From positions 1-39,717 of the forward strand of contig MEDY01000289.1 of assembly GCA_001724265.1 (NCBI GenBank): a stretch of DNA of 39,717 nucleotides, written 5' to 3'. The DNA is from Rhizaria sp. SCN 62-66. Lineage: Eukaryota. The position numbers and the translations under genes were made by a program. The notes under the pieces were generated by a model. It was given only the letters and a program-made list of their open reading frames with translations. It searched no databases and had not been told where the DNA came from. Shown here piece after piece: positions 37,863 to 39,717 of this stretch (its first letter is position 1; the number at the start of each line of letters is the position of its first letter).

Positions 37863-38437
37863 CTGGCTGTGCGGGTCTGCAGGGAGGCGGAAACGGAGAC
37901 CGACGCAGCCAAGAGTGAGGGCAGCGGACCGAACGGCGGATATAGTACAGTGGGATCGAGTGTGTAAGACATGTGAAAGGTATAAAAAACAGGAAAACCC
38001 CGGTTCATTGTCAAATAAATTCGAAACCTCATCCAATAACGAACTACACCCAGAGAAATCGGGCCTTAACTGGACTTGACGATTGCATTTCTCATGTCAC
38101 ATTGGTCAGTCGACGAGAGCGACTGTGAGACAAGTGACCGTGAGCAGAGTCCGACCGACGAGTTATAACTCGTCTAATCTTACGAATATATGAATGTTAC
38201 AAGTTAAAAATACAATTTTATTGACAATCAACGTTATTTGCACGATGACATGCTTGGATGCATACATATTTGTTGTTTTTAGTCATACAGATTTTGAAAT
38301 AATCAAATCGCGTCACTCTGCGCTATTGCAAGTACGCGACATACACGGTGCGTGTACAAGTATAACAGTTGGCCCAGGCTTGACAAAGCGAGTCCGATTC
38401 GCCACAGTCCAATGATAAGACTCACGCTCGCAGCGAC

Positions 38438-39717
38438 ATGAGTGCCGATAACAGCTGTATCGTAAGTGGTGCCGTCGTGTCAGTACAAGACACTTCTGCG
38501 CGTCGTAACCCTAACGTACGTATTATCTGGTCAACCTTTTATTCAAACTGGTTAGTGCTTCCGAGAGTTGACGTATGATACCAATGTCTCATGACTCATG
38601 ACGTGTGACTGATGAAGAGGATTAAAAAAACCTACTTGTTGCTGACGAGTATCACATTCACATGATTTCTTACTTCATCTGTTTCTAAAACATGGCTATC
38701 TGCCCGATTCAAACGTATATAGTGTTGCTACAAGCACGACGAGCCCGTGCTCATGCTTTACTGGTGCGACACTTGTGTCAACGTCGTATGCGGCCACTGC
38801 GTGGTGATTAACGGTGAGCATAAAGATCACACTATTCGCGGTGTTACAGCCAAGCATGCTGAGCTTCGCTCTCACGCCGCCACTCTCACTCCCAGAATCG
38901 ACAAACTGGCACAGCAACTTAAGGACGAGACTGCGCTCACTGAAGCCTTACACACGCAGACCGAGGCCAAGCTGACCGCACTCTCAGCCACAGCTAAGCA
39001 GTATTCATCCCACGCACGTGCTCCCCTGTTAGCGTTGGCGAACCAACTGCGGCTCTTTCTGTCACAGCGCACCAAGCAAGAACTGGAGGTTCTAGCGCGG
39101 ACGCAAAACACACTTGCAAGCATGACTGGCGCCACCGATGCGCCAAGTATCACACGTCTCGGTCGGCTCCTCGCGTCACGTCCTGTCTGGCCTTTCACAA
39201 GTGCGACCGCTAGTGCATCCGTAAACGCAGACCTAGATGGCAGCGATCCAAACGAGCAAGTCATCACGAATACACTTGCTGACACGCCCTGGGCTGCTGC
39301 ACGTGCTGCGTTTAAGGCAGCGACCACCGATGCGACTGCTGGGTTAGTACCGCGGGAGGTCACGTGCGAAGCTGATGTGCCACTCGCCGACTTGCTCTCT
39401 GCATCTAGCGACAACGGCTTCGTTGCTGAGATTGGCACGGTTGAGCTGTGCGGCGTGCGTTTCACGTACACTGTGCGCCGCGGCTGCGGCTGCGGTGCTT
39501 CCTCGTTGCTTTTGTCTCAACAGGCACAATTGCAAGATAGCAAAGACGGTGCCATTACGGATGCATCTGTTGAAGGCACACCGTCCAGTGCAAACGCAGA
39601 CGCAGGCTTAAGTCCTATAACATCTGCGACAGCTTTGCCTCTGTGCCGATGTGCGCTTGTCGGTGAGGTCACGGCGACTATTGTGTCAACAAGCCTTGCT
39701 GCAAGCTACGACGCCTG
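38438..39717 (+). CDS. B-box zinc finger/coiled-coil protein (partial); exon 38438-38515 and exon from 38723 past the window end
   Basis: Frame from 38723 is open to the end and begins CCYKHDEPVLMLYWCDTCVNVVCGHCVVINGEHKDH (B-box type 2 pattern), then a helical Leu/Ala/Gln-rich stretch. A 26-codon exon from ATG 38438 joins in phase 0. Confidence 0.75.
38516..38722 (+). other. Probable spliceosomal intron, 207 nt
   Basis: AAC|gtacgt...tatag|TGT, AT-rich, phase 0; supplies the start codon missing upstream of the first B-box Cys. Confidence 0.7.

Noticed and set aside
38720-38722. TAG in frame just before the B-box as a fourth read-through site
   Set aside because: The upstream frame has no ATG before TGA 38663; it is better explained as the intron acceptor.

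Overview
Gene-dense nuclear DNA of a microbial eukaryote; the lineage cannot be assigned from this window. Exons are GC-rich, introns are AT-rich GT-AG type (140-326 nt, GTAY donors) and spacers are AT-rich. Nine genes are visible: the 3' end of a Cys-rich protein, AAR2, an EDR2_C/DUF1336 membrane protein, B12-dependent methionine synthase, a PrsW-like membrane protein, a giant UvrD/PcrA/Srs2-type helicase, glucosidase II alpha (GH31), malic enzyme and the 5' part of a B-box protein. The main signal is three in-frame TAG codons (16488, 22551, 24201) inside otherwise continuous frames, two of them separating essential motifs of one helicase, while all eight visible gene ends use TAA (7) or TGA (1). 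This suggests a nuclear code in which UAG alone is a sense codon, probably Gln. All eight visible gene starts also have a pyrimidine-rich YAG acceptor-like site just upstream (5'-UTR introns or spliced-leader trans-splicing). Family calls come from motif recognition, not database searches.
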